Shown here: in pieces, positions 13,420 through 27,025 of the stretch | Position numbering within the stretch: position 1 is the first letter of the stretch | Layout of the letters: every line of letters starts with the position of its first letter | Assembly: GCA_977030845.1 (NCBI GenBank) | Contig: OZ365110.1 | Span: 29,016,001 to 29,080,000 of the forward strand | Direction of reading: 5' to 3' | Length of the DNA: 64,000 nucleotides | Origin: Fimbriosthenelais zetlandica | Lineage: Eukaryota | Translations under genes and position numbers: made by a program | Notes under the pieces: generated by a model | Seen by the model: the letters and a program-made list of their open reading frames with translations, nothing else | The model's database searches: none | Told to the model about the DNA's origin: nothing

Positions 13420-16400
13420 GTGAGTAGGAAGTGCAGTATATAAGCTTGTGCGTTAGTACGTTAAATCAATCAGGTTTTCCTTTCTTTCTGTCCATTTACA
13501 TTGACGACTTCCCAGTAAATCATGCAAGGAATTGAAAAGGTAAAGAAAACAGCTCAGTATACCTGGGCTTAACCATGCAGGACAACAATGCTACTTAGAA
13601 CCATTCATGTAGACCACTACAAAACTTAAATCAACAGCATGGAAGCTGCATAAAATTTGGTGATATATATAAGGCCACATCTGTGTATATAGCCGGCAAT
13701 GTAATGGCTATTCAGGAGCATTAGTTTGAACAAACAGAATAGGAGGCGCCACCAGGGTGGCTGGAGGCCAGGAGCAGTTGGAAGCAAACACGTGACAGGA
13801 AATTGAGTGCCCTGATGTGCCACTTCCGGTCCCGATGTAACCATCCGTCTCAATCGGTTAGAGGCCTGTTAGAAGTGGGTATTCTGAGTGAGAGATGGGG
13901 CCGGGGCTCCCACCTATATTCCACTCACTTCCATAAAGTCTGCTTCACCAAGCCCCCGGGAAATGGGAGGCTTCCACGGTTTATACTCTCTGGGATAAGA
14001 TGATCCGTGAAAACAAACTGCTGTCTAGCAATGTACTGTTTATAACATCACTAATGTCACTTGTTTTTTCAAATGTTACTTGAACTCCGCAAACTGCCAT
14101 GCCCACTGATGCGTCACACATCACGCTGGGAGCACGCTAATTTTGCATACACTTTGTTGGCATCTATAGTACATCAGATGTGTGGACATTATCGATGACC
14201 AAAGTGGGAGAAATGTATTGATTAATATTTTAGAAACGTGGAGGAAAGGTTGTCGCCTTTACTTTTAACTTTAGGGTCCATTTTCCGGTTTAAATAACCT
14301 TCAGAAGTTATCCATCCTCCCTCTTTACCACCGCCAAACACCCATTAAGTATGGTCCTCTAACCCTCTGAAATGTCCTGCCTCCAAGACTAATATTAGCT
14401 CAGATATCACTCTTCTTCCCAGAAGGCCCTGTCGACAGCCATTGCAGTGAAGTCCCAAATGCCCCCACCTCACACAGCGTGCCCGATCCGGATAACTAAT
14501 TGTGATTGAAAGCGACACAGCTAGAAAAAAGTCCTGCTTTGTGGCGGGAAAAGAGTGCCACACAATATCCAATCACTCTCTCCAAATTGTGGACGCTGTG
14601 CCACAAAAAGAAGAGCGCAGTAAAGCGAGTAGGTAATGCCGTTTCAAAAGTGACATTTTATCTAATGTAAATAGGACCGTCCATTGATTGTTGAGCTTTC
14701 CTCTCCCAATAAAAATGCGTGGCATTATATTTCATTGAAACATCGAAACCAGATTTACATTTTCCCGAGACGGGGGAGGATCGATGAAATTGCCTTTTGA
14801 AGTTACCATGGGAGGGGTGTGCGAGAAGGTTTGACCGATGAGTAGCGATACTACTATAACCAACTTTGATGTTGATGCAAAACAAGAACAAAGGTGTAAC
14901 ACTAGAAATTGGAGGGAAACCTTAGCTTAGGACATTAAGCATTGTGCAAAGATAAGTGACAATGAGCAGTGGTTTGAAAGATTCAGGATGATGGATGTTT
15001 TTTACGTGTAGAGCCAGGTCTCATAACAGTAAATCATGTACCACTGGGGTTGCAATCCTACACCCATTGATCAGCCACATCCCCTAATGAATTTTGTACT
15101 GCGATGCCTGCTTTTTCACGCTGCCATTCGAGAGTATCTCTAGCCACCATCACTCTCGTGCAGAATGTGATGTCATTGATGCCTCATTGGCTATCTCATG
15201 CACATGTGTGTGGCTTTTGGGGAGCTTCCGCCAGATCCGGGAGGAGGGGGAGTGTGCGGCTATCACCCCATCTCCCCAGCCACAAACCAGTGCAAACACG
15301 GGCCACCGTTTGTCAGCAATCCCAAGCTCTGTATTAAAAGTCAATGGCACTTTCCAATGCCATCAATTATCCTGGCTAGGTCCTTGTTTAGTCCCGGAGG
15401 GGAATTCCATCGATTCTCTTAACATTTTGATTGTATTACCTGTATTTTGATGGCAGGTAAGAGGCTTGCCTGTTTGTCTCTTCCTTTCTCTATTTAAGTT
15501 GCATGACTGCCCATAGCAGAATCAAAATGAGCCAATGTGTGCTCACACGGCTTCGTGTTTCACACATTTTATGAAATGGGTAAATACTCGGCACCAAACT
15601 CTCATCATTTGCATTGGGAATGGAATATATTAACTCACGGAGCTAAGTGCTATCAATGTCGGCCTTTTATTCAACTGTCCTGTTATTCCTTTAGGGACAT
15701 GCATCCATGCATAGCATAAAGGATTTGGGGAACTCATTTTGACATGGGGTTTATTTAGATTTCTGCCTCCAGCGTGGAATATTTGCAAGGATCAGGGAGC
15801 AGAAATAAAACCCCTTTGGAAGGATTTAAAAACTAAATCGAATTCATGATAGGGACAATTAGGTGGTTTTATTCTCTGTAGCTTATATCAATTTGGCCAT
15901 GCAATTCCTAAGTTGCTCAATAATGTATTAGGCAGAAAATGTTTCAAAACAGTGCAGTTTAAAGCTGCCTTTGAAGTGGGATTAACTTATTAGATTAAGA
16001 GGGCCTGCTGGTACTTATTGTCAAGCCATAAGCCTGCTGAAGACTGGAGGATGACGAGCACTCAACCAAGAAACCAGAGGGTACAAATCATCCATCAATA
16101 TACTTTCTTTTCTCATATGTCACATTTGGCGATGAGACCAATGTGAAACACATAAAACTGCTCATAAAATGTAGATGCAATTCAGATAGAAAAATACACG
16201 AGAAAGAGAGAGAAAGGGAAAAAACGGGAGAAATGTCCACAAGTTTGATTGCCTGTGAGGGAATATGTGTAAATGTTATGGGAAAAAATGCAAAAAACTG
16301 TTAGTGTTGATAATAGCGTAGCAACGAAGCTGTTTCCTTGGATGGCCCCCAGGCTTCTGGCCAGCAGAATAGCCACTCAGCCAATAGATGGCGCAGATAC

Positions 16401-18794
16401 ACTCATAGCGTGTGGGCGATATTGCAGGAGGCCAAAAGCTCCCCGAGCCCCGCCTGTTTTGCTTTGTTAAATATTTCATAGGTGGCGCCGAAGCCGGCCG
16501 GGGAGAGAGAGGGGGCTCGGCACCATCTGAGAATCTTTAAGTCGTGTTTGCTACCTGGCAGAGCCATGGAATATTCTATTTCCCGTGGTCTCGCGAAGCC
16601 CCCAGGCGAGCAAACAACTCGAGCCATTCGGGCAAGCGCTCAGGGGCTACCACTCAATACTACCAGGGGGAGGCTGAGCCCCCTCTATCAGCCTAATCCT
16701 GAACCGAAGCCAATGATTTCAACCCAGAACTAGCGAAGTCCACCACACGTACAGATCTCCTACATATTTGTCTAACCATACTTCTAAGTTGATGTATGTT
16801 ACGACTACTGTGAGGCAATTTCTCACTTTCTCTATTTCTAGCAGGTCTACTAATACTAGCTAGGCCTTGTACTTTTGTGTGGGAGATATGACTTAACATA
16901 GGCCCAACAATGATCCAAGCATCTATTTACAATCTATGGCCGACACCTCTTCTTGAGCGGGCATTCATATTTTCTTGCTTCTTCTAGCATTTACTGAATG
17001 TAAATTGCTCTCAAGGATTTCATCTGACGGGAAGTCAATCAAGCAAGTGAGAAGCCCTTGGAACATATAACCAGTGCATTTGGTTCATTTTCATATACTA
17101 CCATCGACCAATAGCTCTAGGCATATACCTCTACATTCTCAGTGATTATAGGCTAACATTTCTATCTTTCCAATATCAACGATAACTAGTATAATAGGGC
17201 TAGTATTATATGCATGTGCTCACAAGTTTACACCTTGTGTTGAACTAGGAAGATCCATTGCGATATCAATTGAAATAACAAAAATAATGTTTCGGATATG
17301 GGGTGTATTTCCATTCAATTTAAATTTTGCCAGACTCCTAGCATAGCCGAACACCCACAGTGTTGGAGGGATAGCTGTAGTGGTATTATAGCACGGATCA
17401 AATCGCCTGCAATCATGAACTATATTGGATCTGCGTGATTGGATCGCCGGTGCAAATTGATCTATAAAAGTAACCATGACTATTGATTGAGCCTCGGGCG
17501 ACTGGTTACATTGCTGGTTGTATCTAGCGCTGTGTGTGTCCATACAAAGTGTCCACGATAGGTGCTGTTGGCCTATTGGGCTGTAGGGTGGAATGAAATG
17601 AGGTATAGGGAAACCACCCCTAAAATACAGTCAGCATTTTCCCCCCACTACTCATAATGCATATGAAAAAAGTTTATCATAAATTTAGCCTCACTGCATA
17701 TGAGCACTCGAACCGACAAATTTTATGACAAAGTTTTGAGAACATATTTCACTCAAGAGAAATGGAAAAGATGGAACCTGTGGACCTTTGCATGTTTCAT
17801 GTGGATGCCAGCTTCCTTTGTTTTAAAAAGTGCCAAGAAACATTTCTTCCATTGGACATCATGGGAAAAATTGCATTCAAATCCATTAAGCTTCCCGGAG
17901 TGCATTTGGAAGTGGAGTGTTTTAAGTGGGCACTGTTTTTTTTTCTTGTTTTAATCGCCTTTTTTTAACAAAGGAAGGAAATCTCGTAGGTACAACACTC
18001 AGACTTGTGCCATCTGGAGAAGAGAAAAGGCATGGGGATGCTGCGGGTGGATGGGAGGGGGTTGGCTAGTTTTTTTTATTCACCGGTGCTGCTGTGCATG
18101 CATTGAAAATTTCAGATTTCAAAACACTGACTAATCCCTAACGCCTATGGGCTATATTCAATATGTAATCACGGCAGAATTGGAAGGCAAATACATGTTT
18201 GCATGCAATTCCCAATCCCAATTGTTTAGTCAGTATTGGCCAATTACCCAGGGATTAAACATATCAATCAATCTATTGTTTAAATTAATTCAAATGCATT
18301 GCATGTGGTCTAAAGGCAAAACCAAAGGCAGCTCCATTAATCTGCATGCATGGCAATAGATTTAATTTTTCTTCAAACCTTGTGAACTGATCTGATACAG
18401 GATAAAGACATATGACAATAAATTAAGGACGCAGCTCAGGAAATAGCCACTGCTTCTATTTTTAGCATTGCAGTCTTTGAATCCAGCACCCAAACCATCT
18501 GTCTTCAGGATTCTCTTCTCCTTTCCATCTCCTCCTCCGCCTTCTTCACTGCTGCCAGCGTATACCAAATGCAAACATTGATCAGGCCATTTCACAAAGC
18601 AGAAAAAACTTCAAAGCGGGCTTGGAATTTTTAAGCAGGCTTTCTTCAAAGCTAACCAATATCTGTTTCGATTTTAAGATTACCGCTCAATTAGCGGGCA
18701 TGCCTGGGCCCAAGACAGATCCTGGCCATTGATTGCTTTTAGGCTGTATTGATGTCAGCCATGTAATCAAGGCTTGCTATGGCAGAGTCCTTAA

Positions 18795-19200
18795 GTCTCT
18801 TCTCTTCATACTCTCCCTTTCCTTCTTTTCACCTCCTCGTAAGTCTCTGCCCCTCAATTCTTTTTGCTCTGATTTCTGGGACCCAAAGGTCTTCCCCCAT
18901 GCTTTCCCTGTGAGTTTGTTCCTTTCTTGCATGGTTGCCCCTGCTTAACTTTGTACCCATCCATTCAATTTCTCTCTTTCATCTTGCTGTCTTTCTCTCG
19001 AGTACTCGTTTTCTTCTATTTCTTTATTTTGCTTCACTTCTCCTTCGCCCCCCCCCTCGACTCGTTCCCAATCTCCCATGTTTATAAATAGTTTTCCCCA
19101 TCCCTCCCAGGTCCCCACTCTTCTTGCAGTCTCTCCCCTCCTTTCTGTAGAATGTTGAAAGCAAAGTTTCCCCGCCTCTTCCTCCCTTAGCGACCTCTAA
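18795..19200 (+). repeat. Pyrimidine (CT)-rich low-complexity tract
   Basis: Strong C/T bias with no fixed period; boundaries approximate. Confidence 0.6.
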
Positions 19201-20721
19201 TCGTTAATTAAATTAAATAGCCCAAAGAGTAGGCCTCGACGACGATGGATTATGACCGATTTGTCTCTTCTTTCTAGACCGAAACATTCCCTTAAATTCA
19301 ACTTCTTTCATCCACACTGCCACAGGCTCCACTATCATTACGTTCATTTCCTCTCAGCTTTTTAAAAACATTTTCGACCAAAGAATCAATATCATTCAGT
19401 CAACGTTGCCTTTAGATTTATTTATGTGAGCTTGCAATTTACACTGATCAACTTTCTTCCCTTCACATTAGATCAAACCCAATTGTTGAACATTAAAGTC
19501 TTGAGAGAGTTTGATATCTTTAAAGCTTGCCACAAGAAGCGAAATGATTCATAGCCTCCCCCTCGAGGCATCAGGGCTAATTCACTGCCATCTGCTTTCA
19601 ATGTTTACTAATTTAAAAGCAAATGTTTGGTTTTTACTTTCCCTTAATTATGGTTACAGAGAATGCACAAGATATCTTGATCACAAAACGTGGGTTTGTG
19701 CAATGGAAACTAGAGGCGTTTTATTCTAAGACAGATGCCTCAAACCAGGGTGTTTGTGTAGAAAATAATGACTTTGCAGTTATGATACCACAATTACCTC
19801 TCTGGTATAAGAAGAAAGGGAATAATTTATCAGGCATCTGCATACAAGATGATAAGAATAATAATTTTTGAGGAAAGAACAGATTGAGCAAAATGTTTCA
19901 AACAATGTATCAATGAATTGTGATACTGTCCCGTCAGCTATATAACATCTTGCATGCAATGTAGGCAAATGAACATTACCGGTTTCATGTGAGCGGTCTC
20001 AGGCTTATGAGATGAAATGCTTCTAATTCAAATAGAAATTAATTCAGTTGCATATAAAATGTCCTTCTTGCTAGTGTCAATAACCACGTTGGTTCAGAAA
20101 AGTGGAATATTTTTGCTTCTTGCACCCCATTTGAAACCACAGTACTACCTGTGCTGAATTCTCTCATGTGAAATGAGGCTTTATAAAGAAAAGCATGTCA
20201 GATATTTACACGTGAAACTCTCCTTCAAACAGCCACCGGCTTCTCCCTTAGATCAAAGAGGTTTTAATATGGAACTGAAGAGTTCACTTTCCCTCTCATC
20301 TCTCAGTTACTGCATGTAGCCACTTCATTCCACAAGCCATATAAACTAAGGGAGGGATGTGAAGCTGGGCCAATTCAAAAATTCAATTATGGCCCCACAG
20401 TACAACCTTTTAAGAGAGAGAGAGTTGGTCTCAACCTCTTTTAATTATTTACAGGGTCCACTGGGGTTCCATCTTGGAAGGGAGAATTGAATTTGTGTGA
20501 GAAACTAGCGCCACAAATCAACTAAGAAGGACTCATATTTCAAACATAGACCTTGCCCCTCCCGCATGTAAAGGATTGGGCTTTTATAGATTGATTATTT
20601 GAGGTAAAGAGCAGATGTTTCCAGGTGTTAAATCATATACTGAACAAAGTAAGTGCTATGGACTTTTAAGTCCTGATACATATTTGATATGTTCTCAATG
20701 TATCTCTTGGTATATTTTCAG

Positions 20722-21138
20722 TGAAGGTCCCCAGCAGTCAGGGATGTGTACCAGGTCAGGGAGCAATCCTCACTGCAGCTAAAGGCACTATAGCCAGTGT
20801 CTTCTCGGAATCCACAGAATATGGAACTGATATTTGTCCCTGGGTTATCCGGGCCAGCCCGGGCCAAATCATCAACATCACTCTCGTCAACTTTGCCCGT
20901 GCTCCCAACCCGCACGAAGAAGACGGCGAACAAAATGGTTATGTGGATACTTATATTCCTGGCCCGAGGATCTGTTACCAGTTTGCAGTTATTAAGGAGA
21001 GAGGTTCAAGACGCTCAGTGACTGAATGTGAGGGAGGTCCACGAGAGGTGAAGGCCTATACATCATCCTCACATCAAGTCGATATCACCATTCTCAGCCG
21101 GAAGTCCACAGACACATTCTTCCTGCTGCAGTACGAGG
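20722..21138 (+). CDS. Gene 1 exon 3: CUB-like domain
   Basis: Acceptor tatattttcag, donor GAGG|gtaaga. Contains C...G.IAS, CPWVIRASPGQIINITLVNF, YTSSSHQVDI and FLLQYE, which are CUB hallmarks. Overlaps ORF 20721..21230. Confidence 0.93.
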
Positions 21139-24100
21139 GTAAGATTTGTGTTTCCTTATCCACTACTATTTACTCATATCCTCTCCCTAACTTGTTCTAC
21201 ATGCCCTTTCAGGTCCCCTTCTCTCCCTGATCTATTCCTTAACGCTCCATAACCAAAATCAGTCTCCTTTCTTTTCCCTCACATCCCATATATCTTACTT
21301 CTAAAGTATCGTTCTTCGAGGCTCCCTCGACAGTCATTCCAGTTATGCTTACGCCCATGAAGATCTAGGCTTATCATCATTCACTTTTGGACAGATTGAA
21401 ATAGGATTGAAATAGCTATCTAGAGGACTAGAACTCACTGTTCCAACCTACTTAATACCCCCAATCACCACCCCTCCCACCCAGGAACGCTCCATCAATG
21501 TTCTCCTCCAATGCTCTGTCCATTCCTAAAGTAATCGAGGCCAGGGATCATCTGGTGCGGACGACTCACTCCATCCCAATAATAACAACTCAAAATTTGA
21601 TCAAAATCATCAGCTCGAGCAGCTCGGACGCCGACCTACATCAGTAAGAACATGTGCCATTTGCCAATATTTCTCCCCCAGCCAGTGGAGAATTGCTTTC
21701 CTTCTGCCGATGACCAGGGGGCAAGCCAAGCGCTCCCCTCCCCCACCGCTGTTTAATCAGAGAAGCAAAAAGACCTCCGGCTCTCCGCCACCCAGCCATG
21801 TGGAAGCTGCAAGAAAGCGGGGGCAAAAAGTAGGAGATGGGGTCATGAGGATAGCCGAGGTTTGTCAAAGCCTGGAGAATTGTGATTTGGGTATTGATTA
21901 CACAGTGGTTATTTCCTCAGACGTGGGCCAGCCCGGCAAAGGACAACAGCGATCTCTTCTCAAAATGATGCCTGCACTCTGGTGGTCGCTGTGGGCTCAC
22001 TTGTTCAGCGGTCATAAATAATGTCCCGGGACTGCCCAATTACAGGGGATGACTTGTTTGTGGGGGTAATTATCATAAGGATGGACCAGTCTATGATTTA
22101 TGGCCGGGGGCTGACAAGGTAATCCCCCACACCCTTGAAAAATGAGTGTGAAATGTGGCTTTCATGTCTGAAGGACTTGCTGGCACTTGTAAGAGAGAAG
22201 CTGGCGCTTAGAGATGGCGCCTCTGGGTTGGGTGTGTGGGTTGAGCGTGAGTGAGCAGGTGGGTCGAGTAACTCACACATGTTCAACCCACACAGGAGCA
22301 GTGTGGCCGGTTAAGACTCATCCACATGCTCATTCACCCAGGCAAATCTCCACAATCGTGTCGTGATTACATCGCTCCTGCCCAAATCATGCAATTCGTA
22401 TGTAAATTGGACAAATGAGCATTTGGTCCAGCGGGTGGGCTGGCCCCGGGTGGGCTATTACCCTCGCTACCGCTGTCGAGATGTGGTCGGTGAACTTCGG
22501 TTTGATCCTGGTCTGGATTAGGCTGCACCCCTTCAACCAAGACCAGTTTTAGCTCGAGTTAACCTTTAACTCCTCATATATTGCTCATCTGTCAAATCAA
22601 GGTGGCATCAGATCCTAGCCCGGCTACATCGGATCTACTAGCGATTTTTCATTTTTGGAACGATTTTATTAGCAATAAAATATTCAAGTGCGCTGTCAGA
22701 TTTTGGGACAAGGCCTATTTTGGGAATAGCCTTTGGGACCACAAATTGAAAATATATTTTCAGTTGTGATATCAAAGTAACCTTGGCCCAAAAACAAAGA
22801 ACACAGAGACAAGGGACCAAATGAATTAAATATGAGATCAACTGGGAAAAATCCACTGTGGGTCTAGAGCAAAAATGTTGCTTGTAGAATCAGATAGGTT
22901 GATCTCCTGATGCCAATCACTGTGAAGGGCTGGATGTTTTTGCATTAGATGGGATTCAGTATAAAAACGCCAACTTGATTCTCCACCAGTAATCGCATCT
23001 CTCATTCTGACAGAAACCAAAATGAGATTTGAACGGGATGAAAAATGTAAAATTTCATGGAAATAAGAACATTAAGGATGATTTAGAATCCCCAGGACTT
23101 TGTTATCGAAGCAACTGCCCTATCGCTTATTCCAATCATTCCTTGGCTTCTACATACGATTCAGCACACCAACAACCCATGCCTCCTCTCACACCTCTTC
23201 CACATCCTCAGTAGTGTATCATTTTCATACTACAAGGACTTGACCATGGGGAATCTGACAGTCAGTAACTTATCGCTAGTGGTAAAAAACATGCATGACA
23301 TAAAAGGAAATACAGATGGTACATGTAAATAAATTGCCATTCGATGTTATAATATTAGCTTTGCTTCTGAGCACCATCACCTTCTGCGCCCTGCAGCCTT
23401 TTCTCAGTCCAACCCCTACCACCTTTCCAAAGTCCATCCCCTAGTACCCAGTTAGTCACTGCCTGCATCTGGTTAACAAACTGAAGGTTTTGGCCCAGGC
23501 AATCACTGCTGTGACCAAGCTAGCGTGTAACAATGAGGAGAGAGCAAAACAGGGGGCCACAATCAGGGCTCATCAGCCTTCCTCCCTTCACTCTCCCCAA
23601 CCTCCAATAACCCAACCACTAACACACACAAATCACCACCCAATCATGACTCCTCCTAGTCACCCAAGCATGTATAAAGGCCTCACTTATTCTGTCCAAC
23701 ACGAAACAGGCCATTGTTGTCACTTAATTAAACCAGAGGCTCATTGTAATCAATTGATAAAATATTGATTCGCTCGTCCCGGCCGGGGGTAGTTCTGCTA
23801 CGGCAACCTCTGTTGCTGGCGTTCGGTCATGTATGATGTCTTTTGCTCGAGATTTGATTAGATTAACAAACTCAAAACACACACATGTTGCCATAAACAC
23901 GCAAAGAAGGTGCTAGACTTTTGAAGCAAGGCAAAAATAATTCATGAGATTCTCACGATTAATATATGCGAATTAAAATATTAGTTTAACAGGTGGTGGG
24001 GCCTAGAGACTTTGATGGGTCCAGTGGGCATAACCTGGATGCAAAGACAGCATTATAAATGAGAACTCCAAATCTGCTTTTGTAAATAAAATATGTTTAA

Positions 24101-24246
24101 ACACTGATTGAAACATTGATTCAGAGAATCATGCAGGTTCTTATAGTTGACTTTGAAAAACCTAAGCATGAAATGACATAGGACATTCTAGAATTGCAAA
24201 CATTGCTAATGATGCTGATAAAATAGGTATAATGGTTGTTTTTCAG

Positions 24247-24399
24247 TTCTGGGCTGTGCCAACCCGCCTGTCCCCAGAGGAGGCCATCTGAGACGCGTGG
24301 GTAACCAACTGGAGATCAGGTGTAACTTTACTGATGAGCAGTGGATACTGTCGTGTGATGGATACAGATGGAGGGGCGATTATGGCAACTGCAGCAAAG
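24247..24399 (+). CDS. Gene 1 exon 4: short sushi/CCP-like module
   Basis: Acceptor gtttttcag, donor AAAG|gtaaga. VLGCANPPVPRGGHLRRVGNQLEIRCNFTDEQWILSCDGYRWRGDYGNCSK has 4 Cys with a C..P.P..G start and W before the last Cys, plus NFT and NCS sequons. Confidence 0.9.
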
Positions 24400-25281
24400 G
24401 TAAGAAGCAGTCTCTATTTCCTTCTCAATTACTTCAAAACCCCATCAACACATTCATTCAGGGAGAGGTAATTATTCATGCATCTGTTCATAATAGGTAC
24501 TAGCTTAATGACAGAGAGGTTCCTAAGCTTTTACTTTGAAGCATTCGAGACTTAGAACAAAGAAATCATGGCTGGTAATAAATCATGAAAGCTGCCATCT
24601 TGTTGCAAGTATATGTAGGCTGAAAGTACCTCTCAGACCTGGGAAATATGTAGCAATTGTAGGATCTCCACTTCTGCCAAGCACAAGTGACATTGAGAAT
24701 TACTTCAGGATTGACCTCGAAGCTGGTTCCATCCCAAGTCATGGTTCTATTTTCTTATCTAAAGCCTGAAAGGCAGATGCTATTTCCAATTTTGGGTCAG
24801 GCTTTGTAAAGGACATTCCGTCCTTTTAATGAAGTGTCTTATTGGTTGTTCACGAAGGCATTTCACTAAAATCCTTTGTTTCAAATTTGCCGAAGGTTTC
24901 TTCCCGCAGATCTGGTAATCTGATGAAGTTTCTTTCAACCCCGAGTGAAAAATTGTTTACCTGCAAAGGTTATCAGTCATTGTAGGGACTTTCAATGATC
25001 TGTCAATCGGATAAGGTTGACCTTATTGCTTGATGTGTCGATGTCCTTGATTTCCCAATACATGACATTGACCAAATATTTTAGCTAAAATGATTACCTG
25101 CAATTACAAACGCAGATACAAATCTTCCTTCCATAAACATTTGGAAGGACGTTTATGGAAGTAATAACGTTTACGATGCATCAAGCAGCCGAGTCGCAAT
25201 ATGTTATTACACATGCAACGAAGTCTGAGACAAACTGACAGGAATAATATACGAGGCCTTGATTTCAGCTTGTTTCCTTTT

Positions 25282-25295
25282 GTTTCCATGGCAAC
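25282..25295. promoter_or_regulatory. RFX X-box (intron 4)
   Basis: GTTTCCATGGCAAC fits the GTYNCY-AT-RGNAAC consensus exactly. Confidence 0.5.
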
Positions 25296-26997
25296 CTTGA
25301 TGGCTTTATTACGTTGATGAGGCTCTATTGTCATGACGTCGCTTTCTTGCTTGTGCCCATATATTTGTCGCGGAAGCAAATGAATTGAGGTGCGAGTATT
25401 GCGGATGGTGGCAAACACAGACTTTCTGAACTTGATCAGCCTATTGTCTTTTTCTGCAGCCTCAGCATTCTGCTCAGAGTAGCTGAGGAATAACTCGGCA
25501 GGAACCAGGAGCAAACATTTGAGTAGCATGCATAGAGTCCCAGACAATTGCATGCAATCATTAACAGACAATGAAAAAAAAACGTTTTCCTCCTTTGACA
25601 TGGTAGATTGTGCAGACGTGGTGAGGTTCAAATTAACAAGAGACGGGCTTCTTTTTCAGTGGAAATTGGAACTTGGTTATGTCTCCGGACTGATTTTTAG
25701 ACGAGACTTGTGGCGCTGATTAGAAACCTGAGACTAGTTATAGATGTGGTGAACCAAAGTGCAGGCAATAATGGATATTAATTTCTCATTATCACTGAAG
25801 TCTTTCTATTAAAAAAATCAAAATTGCACTGAAAAGTGACAGATTACCTTGCTTTTCTACACCTTCAACGCTATAGCAGTCCACCCACAAAGGACATAAA
25901 TTGAAAGGATCTACATAAAAAAGTTATTGATAAAGTCACATGTTCTCATTCAAATAATACAATGAAACAATGCAAGGTTTCAATACATTTGCAAGCAAAA
26001 GGTCTATCACGCAATGACTGGAAGGCAAAATGTTTCTTTGGCGTCTTAAACAATACATTTTAATTAATATAAAATGCACGCATTAATGTTTGAAATATAA
26101 AGGCCATACTGTATTAATAAAAACATAGATCTGCTCTTTCAGCATTACAGCATCACTTTCACTGCTTTTAAAGAACTAAAGACGTATTCAAGTTCTGTAT
26201 TTCACCCGGAAAGCAAACATTGGTTATATCAATGGCTTTGCCTGCACCACCACAGCATGTCATGCGATAGTCTAGAGCCTCATTCACTTTTTTGGTGGCA
26301 GTGAGGCCGAGAAATTTTTATAACTTTGGTGAAACATGATTCATGGGGTTGTCGGGAGAGGGTGAATTATTTTGGTTTGGTTTTCCTTTATGGATTGATT
26401 CTAAAATAGCAGGAAATCCTGCATTCAGCTGTCTTAATCCCCACAATGAATGGCAGGCGGCCCTTATTGTTCATCCTTCCCTATCAATCACCCCTTTCCC
26501 CTCGAAGGGTGGATTCCTCCAACTAAGGCTTTGAAAATTCCCCTGGAAATCCCTGCCAAACCAGGGAATGGGGTAGCGGTGAAATCTAGCCAAGCAGAGA
26601 TCTATTGCATGACTGGTTTTAAAGCCAATTACCATTTTAATCAATGAACCAGTCATTTTTCCAGCAAAGACGAATGTCCATAGTCAACTGCACTTTATTC
26701 AGGTGCTGTAGCACCTTACTGAATTTAAAATCAGTTTCTGCCAGGGGTAGCAAAAAACATAACTGGCAGGAGCGAAAGCAGTGCAAAAAAATTCGATTTC
26801 CCGTTTTTATGGCTCAAAAATATTTGCATTTTGAATTGCCAAAATAAAAACACATTGCCAAAACCCAATCCTTAAACTTTATAGGATATTTGAAGTGGGC
26901 AAGGGGATGGGTTTGAGAAGGAAGAGAGTGCCATGTATGAACGGGCCCCTGGGAAGATGCAACTTGCTTAAAGCCATATCCTATAACGTGCAAGGCC

Positions 26998-27025
26998 CAC
27001 GTGACGTCAGAAGTGGTCACATGAC
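26998..27025. promoter_or_regulatory. Overlapping E-box/CRE plus GTCACATGAC cluster (intron 4)
   Basis: CACGTG (26998-27003) overlaps TGACGTCA (27002-27009); GTCACATGAC at 27016-27025. Confidence 0.35.

Noticed and set aside
25104-25631. 175-aa minus-strand ORF
   Set aside because: No recognisable domain or splice context. Its VAMET segment is simply the X-box read as codons.
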